Assembly (NCBI GenBank): GCA_011046135.1 | Contig: DSBG01000137.1 | Location: forward strand, 23,536-87,535 | DNA: 64,000 bases | From: Deltaproteobacteria bacterium | Lineage (GTDB): Bacteria > Desulfobacterota > Desulfomonilia > UBA1062 | Direction: 5' to 3' | Program-made: the position numbers and the translations under genes | Part shown: piece by piece, positions 9,825 to 18,863 of the stretch | Position numbering within the stretch: the first letter of the stretch is position 1 | Layout: each line of letters opens with the position of its first letter | Notes under the pieces: model-generated | What the model saw: only the letters and a program-made list of their open reading frames with translations | Databases searched by the model: none | Told to the model about the DNA's origin: nothing

Positions 9825-10016
9825 AGGTTTCAGGAGTTGTTCCGTGCAAACAGCCGTATCGACCATGCCAGGACCATGGAGAGGCGAAAGCTCTCTTGAG
9901 CAGTTCACATGCGTGAAAGCGAGAGGAAAAAGGTTGGTTGTCCAGTCTCAGAGGCAAAGGGCGGCATACGAAGGATCGCCATGGTCCACCGGTAGAGAAC
10001 AAGCGGAGGTACCATT

Positions 10017-10688
10017 ATGAGGGGTGGTCCTCTTCAGGTCATCATCATGCGGATCACCGACGGAAAGATCATAAAAACTGTCGGGCCCTGGGGTGTGAGA
10101 TTTTGTTTCTTTCTCCTGGCTGCCTTGATCGGATTACTGATCTCGGTGACTGTTCTCGTGGTGCAGAACGTTCGGATGCTCGAGAACAAGGGGCGAGCAA
10201 TCGTTGCGCAGGCAGAAGAGATCCAGGAGCTCAGGGTGCTGATGGCCAGGAAAGACGAAGAGATGCTCTCTCTGAAAAACAGGCTGAGCATGGCAATCAC
10301 GTATCCACCCGAACAGACATCGGAGTCGCCGGTGATCAGTGATCTGAAACCGCCCATTGCGGGAATCGCCGAGATATCTCTTGCAGAAGGCAGCATCTCT
10401 TTCAAGCTTGAAAATATCCTCTCAGAGAGAGGGGCACGGGCCACGGGACACCTGTTCGTCGTCTTCAGGAAGGGAGGGCAGTTCTTAAGCCATCCTGAAA
10501 CGACACTGAACAAAGGAGTTCCCACTGATTGGGAAAGGGGTATGGAATTTTCCATACGGAATTTCAGGCCCATCTCGGTGAAGGTCCCCCCGGAAATCTC
10601 CCGCTGGGAGAGGGTAACGTTCTATGTCTTTGACACCGAGGGAGGAATGAGATTGGCGACGACCATTCCAAGAGAGCAGCTCAGATAA
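10017..10688 (+). CDS. Hypothetical bitopic membrane protein (TM + coiled coil + beta-rich C-terminal domain)
   Basis: SD GGAGG upstream; single hydrophobic segment followed by a heptad-rich stretch. Confidence 0.7.
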   Translation: MRGGPLQVIIMRITDGKIIKTVGPWGVRFCFFLLAALIGLLISVTVLVVQNVRMLENKGRAIVAQAEEIQELRVLMARKDEEMLSLKNRLSMAITYPPEQTSESPVISDLKPPIAGIAEISLAEGSISFKLENILSERGARATGHLFVVFRKGGQFLSHPETTLNKGVPTDWERGMEFSIRNFRPISVKVPPEISRWERVTFYVFDTEGGMRLATTIPREQLR

Positions 10689-10820
10689 TGTCCCCTGCGT
10701 ATCCCTTGAATGCTCCTCCGGCTGGTTGCATCTCAGGGCAGAGGGATCGGGACACCAGCGTGGTACTGCCATCACCGGAAGAATGGCCATCGATAAAGGT
10801 CGACTGAGGAAAGCCACCCC

Positions 10821-11900
10821 ATGTACATCCTTGCTATTGAAACCTCATGTGATGAAACCGCTGCCGCGGTGGTGACAGACACCGCCGAAGTGCTCTCGAA
10901 TGTTGTTGCCAGCCAGATAGCCGACCATGCCGCCTTCGGGGGAGTAGTTCCGGAGATCGCATCACGCAGACATGTCGAGCTCATTGGGCCTGTGGTGTCC
11001 GAGGCGTTGAAACAGGCAGGTATCGATCGGAGGGATCTCGGGGGGGTTGCCGTCACCCAGGGACCGGGTCTGGTGGGTGCGCTCCTCGTGGGGATATCGT
11101 TTGCCAAGGCGCTGGGCTATGCCCTTAACATTCCGATATGCGGCATCAATCACCTGGAGGGGCATCTCTGTGCCGCATCCATCGATGGAACAGTGAGATA
11201 TCCGCACATCGGGCTTGTCGTTTCCGGCGGGCACACGTCGCTCTACCGGATAGACGCTCCCGACGCCGTTGCGCAGATCGGACACACTCTGGATGACGCG
11301 GCAGGAGAGGCCTTTGATAAGGTGGCAAAACTCCTGTACCTCGGGTATCCAGGAGGCGTGATCATCGACAGGATCTCGCAGGGGATTGCCTGCGACGAGA
11401 TCGACCTTCCGCGACCAAAGATCCATGATAACAGCTATGACTTCAGCTTCTCGGGATTGAAGACCGCGGTGCTGAATCTCGTGATCCGGTCAGAGATATT
11501 CCCCGAGATGAACTTGAGATTTTCCGGGCTGCCTCAACACAAGGAACCTGTTCCGGGAAAGGAGTACCTTGTACAAAAGATTGCAGCAGCGTTTCAGGCT
11601 GCGGTGACGGATGTTCTGGTTGTCAAAGCCATCAAGGCAGTCAAGGACTGTGCCATGGACCTCCTTGTGGTCAGCGGGGGCGTTGCGAGCAATTCAAGCC
11701 TCAGGCATGCCCTCAGGGAGAGGTGTGCGGGAGAAGGAATCGAACTGGTCATCCCTCACCGGAAATACTGTACCGACAATGCAGCCATGATCGGGATCGC
11801 GAGCATTCGACACTTCAGAGAAGGAACCCGTGCCTCCCTGGACATGAACGCCGTCTCGAGATGGTCATCTCTTCAGAAAAGACCCGCAGGGCATTCCTGA
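10821..11900 (+). CDS. tsaD: tRNA N6-adenosine threonylcarbamoyltransferase
   Basis: IETSCDET, HLEGH, VSGGHT, DDAAGEAFDK, SFSGLKT and CTDNAAMI motifs. Confidence 0.96.
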   Translation: MYILAIETSCDETAAAVVTDTAEVLSNVVASQIADHAAFGGVVPEIASRRHVELIGPVVSEALKQAGIDRRDLGGVAVTQGPGLVGALLVGISFAKALGYALNIPICGINHLEGHLCAASIDGTVRYPHIGLVVSGGHTSLYRIDAPDAVAQIGHTLDDAAGEAFDKVAKLLYLGYPGGVIIDRISQGIACDEIDLPRPKIHDNSYDFSFSGLKTAVLNLVIRSEIFPEMNLRFSGLPQHKEPVPGKEYLVQKIAAAFQAAVTDVLVVKAIKAVKDCAMDLLVVSGGVASNSSLRHALRERCAGEGIELVIPHRKYCTDNAAMIGIASIRHFREGTRASLDMNAVSRWSSLQKRPAGHS

Positions 11901-12007
11901 GCTGGTTTCGTGAAGCACTCGGTTCCAGGGCGCTGCCTGAGGAGTACGAGGTTTTCATACCTCGCCTCCCCGAGGCCGCATGGTGAGAGAAGTCCCAATG
12001 GAGGGGT

Positions 12008-12826
12008 ATGAGGCCAAAGCGTTCCCTCGGACAGCACTTTCTCGTGAACACAGCCATCGTGGAGAAGATGGTCTCATTGGCTGACCTGAAGGCTGAGCCT
12101 GTTCTCGAGGTCGGGCCTGGCAGGGGGATTCTCACCAAGAAACTCGTTCAGAGGGCATCGAGGGTGCTGGCCGTTGAAAAGGACGATGATCTCTATGAAA
12201 CCCTCGCCGTCATGTTTTCCGGGCAGGCAAACCTGAAGCTCCTCCACGGAGATATCCTTGAGATGGATCTCGACGAGCTCCTCTCGGACGGCATGAAGAT
12301 AGTTGCAAACCTGCCCTACAACATCGCAACACAGTTCGTTATCCGGTTGGTCGACCATGCATCACGTCTCTCCACCGTGGTGGTGATGGTGCAGTCAGAG
12401 GTGGCGCGGAGGATCTGTTCCCGACCTGGCAACACCGAGTACTCTGCGCTGAGTGTACTGGTCTCCTCTGCCTTTGTGCCCTGTGCGGCATTTGTTGTGT
12501 CGCCTGCAAATTTTTTCCCGCGGCCTAAGGTGGTTTCCCGCGTGATCAAGCTCGTGCCGAAACCCGATCCAATACCCATATCAGAAGGCAATATCTTCAA
12601 GGACGTGGTTTTCTGTGCGTTCGGACAGCGGAGAAAGATTCTGAAAAACACGCTCATCCATCTCCCGGGTCTCAACAAGGACATGCTGGCGTCTCTTGCC
12701 ATCGAGGTAGGGATCGATCTCATGGCGAGGCCGCAGGAAATACCCCAGCAATCCTATCGAGAGCTTGCCCGGCTGTATTGGGATAAAGTTGTCGGCAAAG
12801 GCATCGGCGGCAATACACCGTCGTGA
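12008..12826 (+). CDS. rsmA: 16S rRNA adenine dimethyltransferase (KsgA)
   Basis: LGQHFL, EVGPGRG, ANLPYNI, FFPRPKV and FGQRRK motifs. Confidence 0.95.
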   Translation: MRPKRSLGQHFLVNTAIVEKMVSLADLKAEPVLEVGPGRGILTKKLVQRASRVLAVEKDDDLYETLAVMFSGQANLKLLHGDILEMDLDELLSDGMKIVANLPYNIATQFVIRLVDHASRLSTVVVMVQSEVARRICSRPGNTEYSALSVLVSSAFVPCAAFVVSPANFFPRPKVVSRVIKLVPKPDPIPISEGNIFKDVVFCAFGQRRKILKNTLIHLPGLNKDMLASLAIEVGIDLMARPQEIPQQSYRELARLYWDKVVGKGIGGNTPS

Positions 12827-12938
12827 TCCGATTCCGAGGGTCGAGAAATGCCACGAGGGGTAGTTCTCCGGGAGCAGGCCGAAGGAGTGGAAGACTGGCT
12901 GGCGATGGATGGAGAGGTTCTGCGGAATACAGCTGCTG

Positions 12939-12954
12939 TGTAACTGGAAATACA
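12939..12954. promoter_or_regulatory. Candidate bEBP upstream activator sequence
   Basis: TGT-N10-ACA (TGTAACTGGAAATACA) about 110-120 bp upstream of a sigma54 promoter. Confidence 0.4.
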
Positions 12955-13060
12955 GAAAAGTGATCCCGGTAATCGTCAAAGAAAGCTCACATGTCGCGAT
13001 GAAATTTATAACATTATGATAATAATCAATATAAAAACAACCCTGCCTTCGTCATAGAAT

Positions 13061-13075
13061 TGGCACTTCCCTTGC
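13061..13075 (+). promoter_or_regulatory. Sigma54 (-24/-12) promoter of the S8 protease gene
   Basis: TGGCAC-TTCCC-TTGC, an exact TGGCAC-N5-TTGC consensus, preceded by an AT-rich tract. Confidence 0.75.
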
Positions 13076-13113
13076 CTCTGTCCCTGTGATCGTTCGCGAT
13101 CAGGGGGTATAGG

Positions 13114-14469
13114 GTGAGAAAAACACGAGCGGCGCTCCTGGGAATACTGGCTCTTTCCCTGTGGAGTTCTCTTCTCCAAGCAACCGAGTACAGCCCCAAC
13201 GAGGTAATCGTCAAGTTCAGGGCGAGTCACCCGCACGCAGCAGCCATGATGACCGGCGCCGACAACAGGCCCCTTGTCATTGCCGTGGACGATTCGGACC
13301 GTACTCTCGATGCCTTCAAAAGCTCTGAAGACATCGAGTATGTAGAGCCGAACTATGTCATTGAGGCGGAAACGCTACCCGATGACTGGCCCTATGACGG
13401 TCAGTGGATGGATGTCGGGCTTGAGAAGGCCTGGGGCATGATTGCGGAACAGGGGAGCAGAAAACAGGTCATCATTGCGGTGATCGATTCCGGGGTTGAT
13501 TCAAGTCACCCAGAATTGCAGCACCTCATTGTTCCTGGCTATGATTTTACAGAGAATGATTCTGTTCCACAAGACGATACCGGGCATGGAACCAAGGTAT
13601 GCGGGATCATCGGCGCCCGGGGAAACAACGGCGTGGGAACTGCAGGGGTTGCCTGGAACATCGATATCGCCATCATGCCGCTGAAGTTCATGAAGCACGA
13701 TAATGGCAAAACAACGGGGTCTCTCTCCGATGCGGTGAAGGCTGTCTACTATGCCGCGGACAACGGGGTGGACATCATCAATGCGAGCTGGGGGTTCTCT
13801 TCCTATTCCCGCGCCCTCGAGGAGGCCATCGAGGATGCCCGTTCCCGCGGGATTCTCTTCATCACCTCGGCTGGAAACTCTGGCCAGAATAATGATGAAG
13901 AGGAACACTATCCATCAAATTATGCCTCTGACAACGTGATCGCCGTTACCGCAATGCACGCCTATGGAGGGTTGGCGGACTTCGCCAATTACGGGATTGA
14001 GACGGTACATTGTGCGGCTCCAGGGGTGGGTCTGGTGACCACGATTCCCGGCGGAGGATATGCCATGTGGGTTTCAGGGACGTCATTTGCCACCTCGTTT
14101 GTCACGGGAGTTGCTTCACTGGTCATCTCCCGGTCGCCTGAACTGAGCTACCGGAGTGTGAGGGAGAGCCTGCTGACGACCACGGTCCTGGATGGACGGT
14201 ACAGCCAGAGACTTCTGGAGAGCGGCGGATGCATCGATGCGCATGCCGCTCTTCTGACTGAAGAAACGTTGGATAAAACATCGAAAACCGTATCGGATGT
14301 GCCCCTCACGGGGACGAGTGAGTCTGTGTCCCTGCCTTCTGCAGAATCGGGCGGCAGCGGGGGCTGCATGGTCTCGAGTGTTAAAGGATCAGGAAGCTCC
14401 GTTGTCCTGATCGTGTGCATGGTCGTGGTAGTTCTGCTCCAGGTTCCCCGCCAGAAGAATCTGGAGTAA
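13114..14469 (+). CDS. Secreted S8 (subtilisin-like) serine peptidase with C-terminal sorting/anchor signal
   Basis: Signal peptide; triad VIDSG / GHGT / SGTSFA; oxyanion SAGN; S/T-rich linker then GGSGGC, hydrophobic helix and basic tail. Confidence 0.92.
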   Translation: MRKTRAALLGILALSLWSSLLQATEYSPNEVIVKFRASHPHAAAMMTGADNRPLVIAVDDSDRTLDAFKSSEDIEYVEPNYVIEAETLPDDWPYDGQWMDVGLEKAWGMIAEQGSRKQVIIAVIDSGVDSSHPELQHLIVPGYDFTENDSVPQDDTGHGTKVCGIIGARGNNGVGTAGVAWNIDIAIMPLKFMKHDNGKTTGSLSDAVKAVYYAADNGVDIINASWGFSSYSRALEEAIEDARSRGILFITSAGNSGQNNDEEEHYPSNYASDNVIAVTAMHAYGGLADFANYGIETVHCAAPGVGLVTTIPGGGYAMWVSGTSFATSFVTGVASLVISRSPELSYRSVRESLLTTTVLDGRYSQRLLESGGCIDAHAALLTEETLDKTSKTVSDVPLTGTSESVSLPSAESGGSGGCMVSSVKGSGSSVVLIVCMVVVVLLQVPRQKNLE

Positions 14470-14480
14470 CCTATACCCCA

Positions 14481-14510
14481 GCCCCCCTTCCAGGAAGGGG
14501 GGCCCTCTTT
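14481..14510. terminator. Intrinsic terminator, probably bidirectional
   Basis: GCCCCCCTTC-CAG-GAAGGGGGGC 10-bp stem followed by CCTCTTT, between convergent genes. Confidence 0.65.
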
Positions 14511-14537
14511 CTGTGGGAGTGTTTCTTTTCGGGAATC

Positions 14538-15827
14538 CTAGAGTGCTTCAACGGACATGGCCATACCCTGACCGCCGCCAATGCACAGGGATGCGAGTCC
14601 GAGGGACACCTTTCGTCTCCTCATCTCGTTGATGAGTGCAATCACGATCCGAGCACCGGTGCATCCGATGGGATGGCCGATCGAGATACCCGAACCGTTC
14701 ACATTGGTGATTTCCTCAGGTATGCCGAGTTCCCGCATGCAGGCGATCGCCTGGGAGGCGAAGGCTTCGTTGAGTTCGAACAGGCCGTAATCCTTTATGG
14801 ATGTTCCTGTCAGCTTCAGGAGCTTGCGAACCGAGGGAATCGGTCCGAGACCCATGTATGCAGGATCCACGCCGCCGGATGCATATCCCTTGATGCGGGC
14901 GATTGGCTTCAATCCAAGCTCCTTCGCCTTCTCCTCGCTCATGACCAGACATGCTGCCGCGGCATCGTTGATGCCTGAGGCGTTGCCCGCTGTGACGGTT
15001 CCGTCTTTCTTGAAGACCGTTGCGAGTTTGCCCATCTTTTCCAGGGTGGTGTCCATGGGGCGCTCGTCGGTATCGAAGACAATGGGGTCGCCTTTTTTCT
15101 GGGGGATCTTCACCGGCACGATCTCGTCCTTAAGAATACCTTTGCTGATAGCGGCCCTGGCCCTCTGATGGCTTTCGAAGCCGAGCCTGTCCTGGTCCTG
15201 CCGGGAAATACCGTACTTTTCAGCGATGTTTTCCGCGGTGATGCCCATGTGGTAGCCGTAGAAGATTTCGTAGAGTCCGTCGTAAACCATGAGGTCGACG
15301 GTTTTTCCGAAGGGCATGTCCATCCGGTAACCCCAGCGGCCTTTCTGCAGGGCGATGGGGACATCGCTCATGTTCTCCATGCCGCCTGCGATCACGATCT
15401 CGTTGTCGCCGGCTCTGATGGTTGCAGCGGCCAGTGCGATTGCCTTCATGCCAGATGCGCAGACTTTGTTAATCGAAAATGCCGTTGTCTCTTTGGGGAG
15501 ACCGGCTCTGATCATGGCCTGCCTGCCGGGATTCTGGCCTTGACCTGCCTGGAGCACGTTGCCCATGATCACCTCGTCGACCCCTATCTTCTGGAGTGTA
15601 TCGGGCCACGTTGCGTACTGCTGTTCAATGGGAGAGAGCCCCGCGTTCTTGAATGGATCAGGGGTATACTCCAGTGCATGGGCTGGGAGATCGGGTTTGA
15701 GACCTGAACGCAGGAGAACCTCACGAATTACCAGGGCACCGAGGTCCTTGGCGGGAACATCTTTCAGAGACCCGCCAAAGTTTCCGACCGCTGTTCTTAC
15801 ACCGTTGACGATTACCACATTAGACAT
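14538..15827 (-). CDS. Acetyl-CoA C-acetyltransferase (thiolase)
   Basis: NKVCASGM, NEAF, GHPIG and CIGGGQG catalytic motifs; strong SD AAGGAGG. Confidence 0.95.
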   Translation of the reverse strand: MSNVVIVNGVRTAVGNFGGSLKDVPAKDLGALVIREVLLRSGLKPDLPAHALEYTPDPFKNAGLSPIEQQYATWPDTLQKIGVDEVIMGNVLQAGQGQNPGRQAMIRAGLPKETTAFSINKVCASGMKAIALAAATIRAGDNEIVIAGGMENMSDVPIALQKGRWGYRMDMPFGKTVDLMVYDGLYEIFYGYHMGITAENIAEKYGISRQDQDRLGFESHQRARAAISKGILKDEIVPVKIPQKKGDPIVFDTDERPMDTTLEKMGKLATVFKKDGTVTAGNASGINDAAAACLVMSEEKAKELGLKPIARIKGYASGGVDPAYMGLGPIPSVRKLLKLTGTSIKDYGLFELNEAFASQAIACMRELGIPEEITNVNGSGISIGHPIGCTGARIVIALINEMRRRKVSLGLASLCIGGGQGMAMSVEAL

Positions 15828-15944
15828 AGTACCTCCTTCTCTGGGGTGGTTTTTCTCATTAAAAGGTACACTTTTTATTTCATACCAGAGGCGCTATGGC
15901 AAGGACTGAATGCCTTCGTGAACGGGGATAGGACAGTACAATCC

Positions 15945-15974
15945 TTGAAAAAAGCCTCCCTTGGGTGTAAAAAT
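15945..15974 (+). promoter_or_regulatory. Possible sigma70 promoter (leaderless) for xerC-hslVU
   Basis: TTGAAA-17 nt-TAAAAA(T), then CTCCC-ATG(15980); no SD. Confidence 0.45.
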
Positions 15975-15979
15975 CTCCC

Positions 15980-16858
15980 ATGGCAGTCGATCTGGAATCC
16001 CTCCTGCAGCGGTACGTGATGTTCCTTCTCCACCAGAAGGGGCTTTCAGGAGAAACATACCGTGCGTATCACAACGATATGAACCATCTGATGAGCTTTC
16101 TCAGGGAACGGGGAGGAGAAGAAATCTCGAAAGAGACGGTACGCTCGTATATGCTGAAGCTCCATACAACGTATTCGCGTGCAACCATCAACCGCAAGCT
16201 CAGTGCGATCAAGGGATTCTTCGATTTCATCATTCGGCAGGGAGCTCTCGAAGCCAATCCTTTCTCTCACGTGAGGTCTCTCAAAAACCCCGGTAGCCTC
16301 CCGCGCTTTTTGACCCCAGATGAAGTCTTCGATCTCATCGATGCAACGAAGAATTCGAGGGATCGTGCCATACTGGAGCTTCTCTACTCCACCGGTATCC
16401 GTGTCGGGGAGGTTGAGGCCATGAACTGCTACGATGTTGACATGACGGCAGGTTTTGTCCTTGTTACCGGAAAAGGAAAAAAACAGCGAAGGGTTCCCGT
16501 TGGCAGGAGGGCCCAGGCAGCGATACGGATGTATTTACGGGAACGGGGGATTGACGACCCCATCTACAGCAGAGATCCGCTTTTCCTCAACAGCCGGGGA
16601 AAGAGAATTACCACCAGGAGTATCAGGTGGATCGTCTCCAAGTGGTCGAAGCAGGCCGCCCTCAGCAGACAGGTGAGCCCTCATGTGATACGGCATTCCT
16701 TTGCCACCCACATGCTCGATTCAGGGGCCGATCTGCGATCGATTCAGGAGATGCTCGGGCATGCCAGCCTCTCCACGACCCAGCGGTATACGCACTTAAC
16801 GGTGGACAAGCTCATGGATGTATATGATAAAGCACATCCGAGAGCAAAGGAGGAATGA
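15980..16858 (+). CDS. xerC: Tyrosine recombinase XerC
   Basis: [32 protein letters not shown] and [12 protein letters not shown] motifs; xerC-hslV-hslU synteny. Confidence 0.88.
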   Translation: MAVDLESLLQRYVMFLLHQKGLSGETYRAYHNDMNHLMSFLRERGGEEISKETVRSYMLKLHTTYSRATINRKLSAIKGFFDFIIRQGALEANPFSHVRSLKNPGSLPRFLTPDEVFDLIDATKNSRDRAILELLYSTGIRVGEVEAMNCYDVDMTAGFVLVTGKGKKQRRVPVGRRAQAAIRMYLRERGIDDPIYSRDPLFLNSRGKRITTRSIRWIVSKWSKQAALSRQVSPHVIRHSFATHMLDSGADLRSIQEMLGHASLSTTQRYTHLTVDKLMDVYDKAHPRAKEE

Positions 16859-17388
16859 TGGAGATTCATGGGACAACGATTCTGTGTGTGCGCAGAAAGA
16901 ATCAGGTGATCCTCGCAGGAGACGGTCAGGTGACCATGAACAATGTGATCCTCAAATCCAGGGCCCGTAAGGTGCGAAGGCTCCATGATAACAAGGTGCT
17001 CGCGGGTTTTGCCGGATCAACCTCGGATGCCTTCACCCTCTTCGAGCGTTTCGAGGATAAGCTCAAGGAATACCGGGGGAATCTCACCCGGGCGGCGGTA
17101 GAGATGGGTAAGGACTGGAGAACAGACAGGGTGCTCAGAAGACTGGAGGCGCTCATGATCGTTGCCGACTCTTCAAAGACCTTCCTGCTCTCCGGCACCG
17201 GTGATGTTCTGGACCCCGACGAGGATGTCTGCGGGGTCGGCTCAGGCGGACTCTATGCGGTTGCCGCAGCGCAGGCACTCATCAGGTTCACGGATTTCTC
17301 TGCCCGGGAGATAGCTGAAAAGGCAATGGAGATCGCCTCCGATCTGTGCATCTACACAAATAAAGCCCTTGTGTACGAGGAACTGTGA
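16855..17388 (+). CDS. hslV: ATP-dependent protease subunit HslV
   Basis: HGTTI (catalytic Thr), AGDGQVT, GFAGS and [12 protein letters not shown] motifs. Confidence 0.97.
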   Translation: MMEIHGTTILCVRRKNQVILAGDGQVTMNNVILKSRARKVRRLHDNKVLAGFAGSTSDAFTLFERFEDKLKEYRGNLTRAAVEMGKDWRTDRVLRRLEALMIVADSSKTFLLSGTGDVLDPDEDVCGVGSGGLYAVAAAQALIRFTDFSAREIAEKAMEIASDLCIYTNKALVYEEL

Positions 17389-18698
17389 TGATGGATCTCA
17401 CTCCCAAGGAAATTGTGTCGGAACTCAACAGGTACATCATCGGTCAGGACAAGGCCAAGAGAGCAGTGGCGATCTCCCTGAGGAACCGCTGGAGGAGGCT
17501 GATGGTTTCCCCGGATATGCGGGACGATATCTATCCCAAAAACATTATTCTCATCGGACCCACAGGTGTGGGAAAGACCGAGATTGCACGACGTTTGGCA
17601 AAACTCGCCGGTGCCCCGTTCATCAAGGTTGAGGCATCGAAATTTACAGAGGTCGGATATGTCGGCAGGGATGTGGAATCCATCATCAGAGATCTCATGA
17701 GGATCGGGGTCCAGATGGTCCAGAACGAGGAAAGCGAGCGGGTGCGAAGCAAGGCCGTCGAGATTGCCAAGGAACGCGTGCTCGATTGTCTGCTTCCCGT
17801 TCAGAAAGATGCTCAGGTACACCCGGAAAGCAGGGAAAAATTGCGCCGCCTGCTGGAGGAAGGACAACTCGATGATCGGATGATCGAGGTTGAATCACGA
17901 GAGGCGAACGTGCCCAGCATCGAAATCTTCTCCGGCCAGGGACTTGAGGAAATGGGGATAGACTTCAAGGAAATGTTCTCCTCGTTTCTTCCCAAGAAAA
18001 CCCGACGCAGGAAGATGACCGTCAGCGAAGCCATGGACTTTATCATCATTCAGGAGATTTCCCGGCTGATCGATATGGACAAGGTCACACAGGAAGCAAA
18101 GGTGCGGGTGGAGAACACGGGGATCGTCTTTGTCGATGAGCTTGATAAAATAGCCGGAAGGGAATCGAGCCGCGGACCGGATGTCTCACGAGAGGGGGTT
18201 CAGAGGGATCTCCTGCCCATTGTCGAGGGAACGACCGTGAACACCAAGTACGGCCCTGTCAATACAGATCACATCCTTTTTATCGGTTCAGGCGCCTTTC
18301 ATGTGAGCAAGCCTTCAGATCTGATCCCCGAACTTCAGGGGAGGTTTCCCATCAGGGAAGAGCTGAATCCCCTGTCGCGGGAGGATCTCATCCGAATCCT
18401 CAGCGAACCAAAGAACGCCCTGATCAAGCAGTACCAGGCACTGCTGAAAACAGAGCACATAGACCTTATGATCACCGAGGAAGCCATTTCGGAGATTGCG
18501 CAGATCGCCGAGTTTATCAACGAGCAGACCGAAAACATCGGAGCACGCAGGCTCCATACCGTTCTCGAGAAACTCCTGGAAGAAATCTCCTTCGCGTCGT
18601 CGGAACTCTCCGGAGAGATCGTTATCGACCATGAATATGTGAAGGAGAAGCTCGAGCCCATCATGCATCAGGAGGATCTGAGTCGATACATCCTCTGA
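17385..18698 (+). CDS. hslU: ATP-dependent protease ATPase subunit HslU
   Basis: [30 protein letters not shown] and C-terminal DLSRYIL motifs. Confidence 0.97.
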   Translation: MMMDLTPKEIVSELNRYIIGQDKAKRAVAISLRNRWRRLMVSPDMRDDIYPKNIILIGPTGVGKTEIARRLAKLAGAPFIKVEASKFTEVGYVGRDVESIIRDLMRIGVQMVQNEESERVRSKAVEIAKERVLDCLLPVQKDAQVHPESREKLRRLLEEGQLDDRMIEVESREANVPSIEIFSGQGLEEMGIDFKEMFSSFLPKKTRRRKMTVSEAMDFIIIQEISRLIDMDKVTQEAKVRVENTGIVFVDELDKIAGRESSRGPDVSREGVQRDLLPIVEGTTVNTKYGPVNTDHILFIGSGAFHVSKPSDLIPELQGRFPIREELNPLSREDLIRILSEPKNALIKQYQALLKTEHIDLMITEEAISEIAQIAEFINEQTENIGARRLHTVLEKLLEEISFASSELSGEIVIDHEYVKEKLEPIMHQEDLSRYIL

Positions 18699-18863
18699 TG
18701 GGTTTTTCCCAGGGGAGCACCTGCAGCATCGAAAATAAGCCCCGGCGGGAGAATTCAATCACGTAACGGCACCTGGTGAGACCACGGCGCGCGTTTTTCA
18801 AGCACGCTTTTCCCCGCTGCGAATTTCAGAGGGATGTGGTAGAACAGGCAACACGGAGGGACC

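Noticed and set aside
13015-13033. Fur-box-like 19-mer TATGATAATAATCAATATA (14/19 to the E. coli consensus)
   Set aside because: It lies in an AT-rich tract between a UAS and a sigma54 promoter, where an IHF site is the simpler explanation, and the downstream gene has no evident iron role. Not fully excluded.
15861-15875. AAAAG-N5-CTTTT palindrome upstream of the thiolase
   Set aside because: Short and low in complexity; cannot be distinguished from chance without orthologous promoters.
15980-16858. Tyrosine recombinase as a sign of an integrated mobile element
   Set aside because: XerC-like sequence in the conserved xerC-hslV-hslU context; no att repeats, tRNA target or cargo genes.
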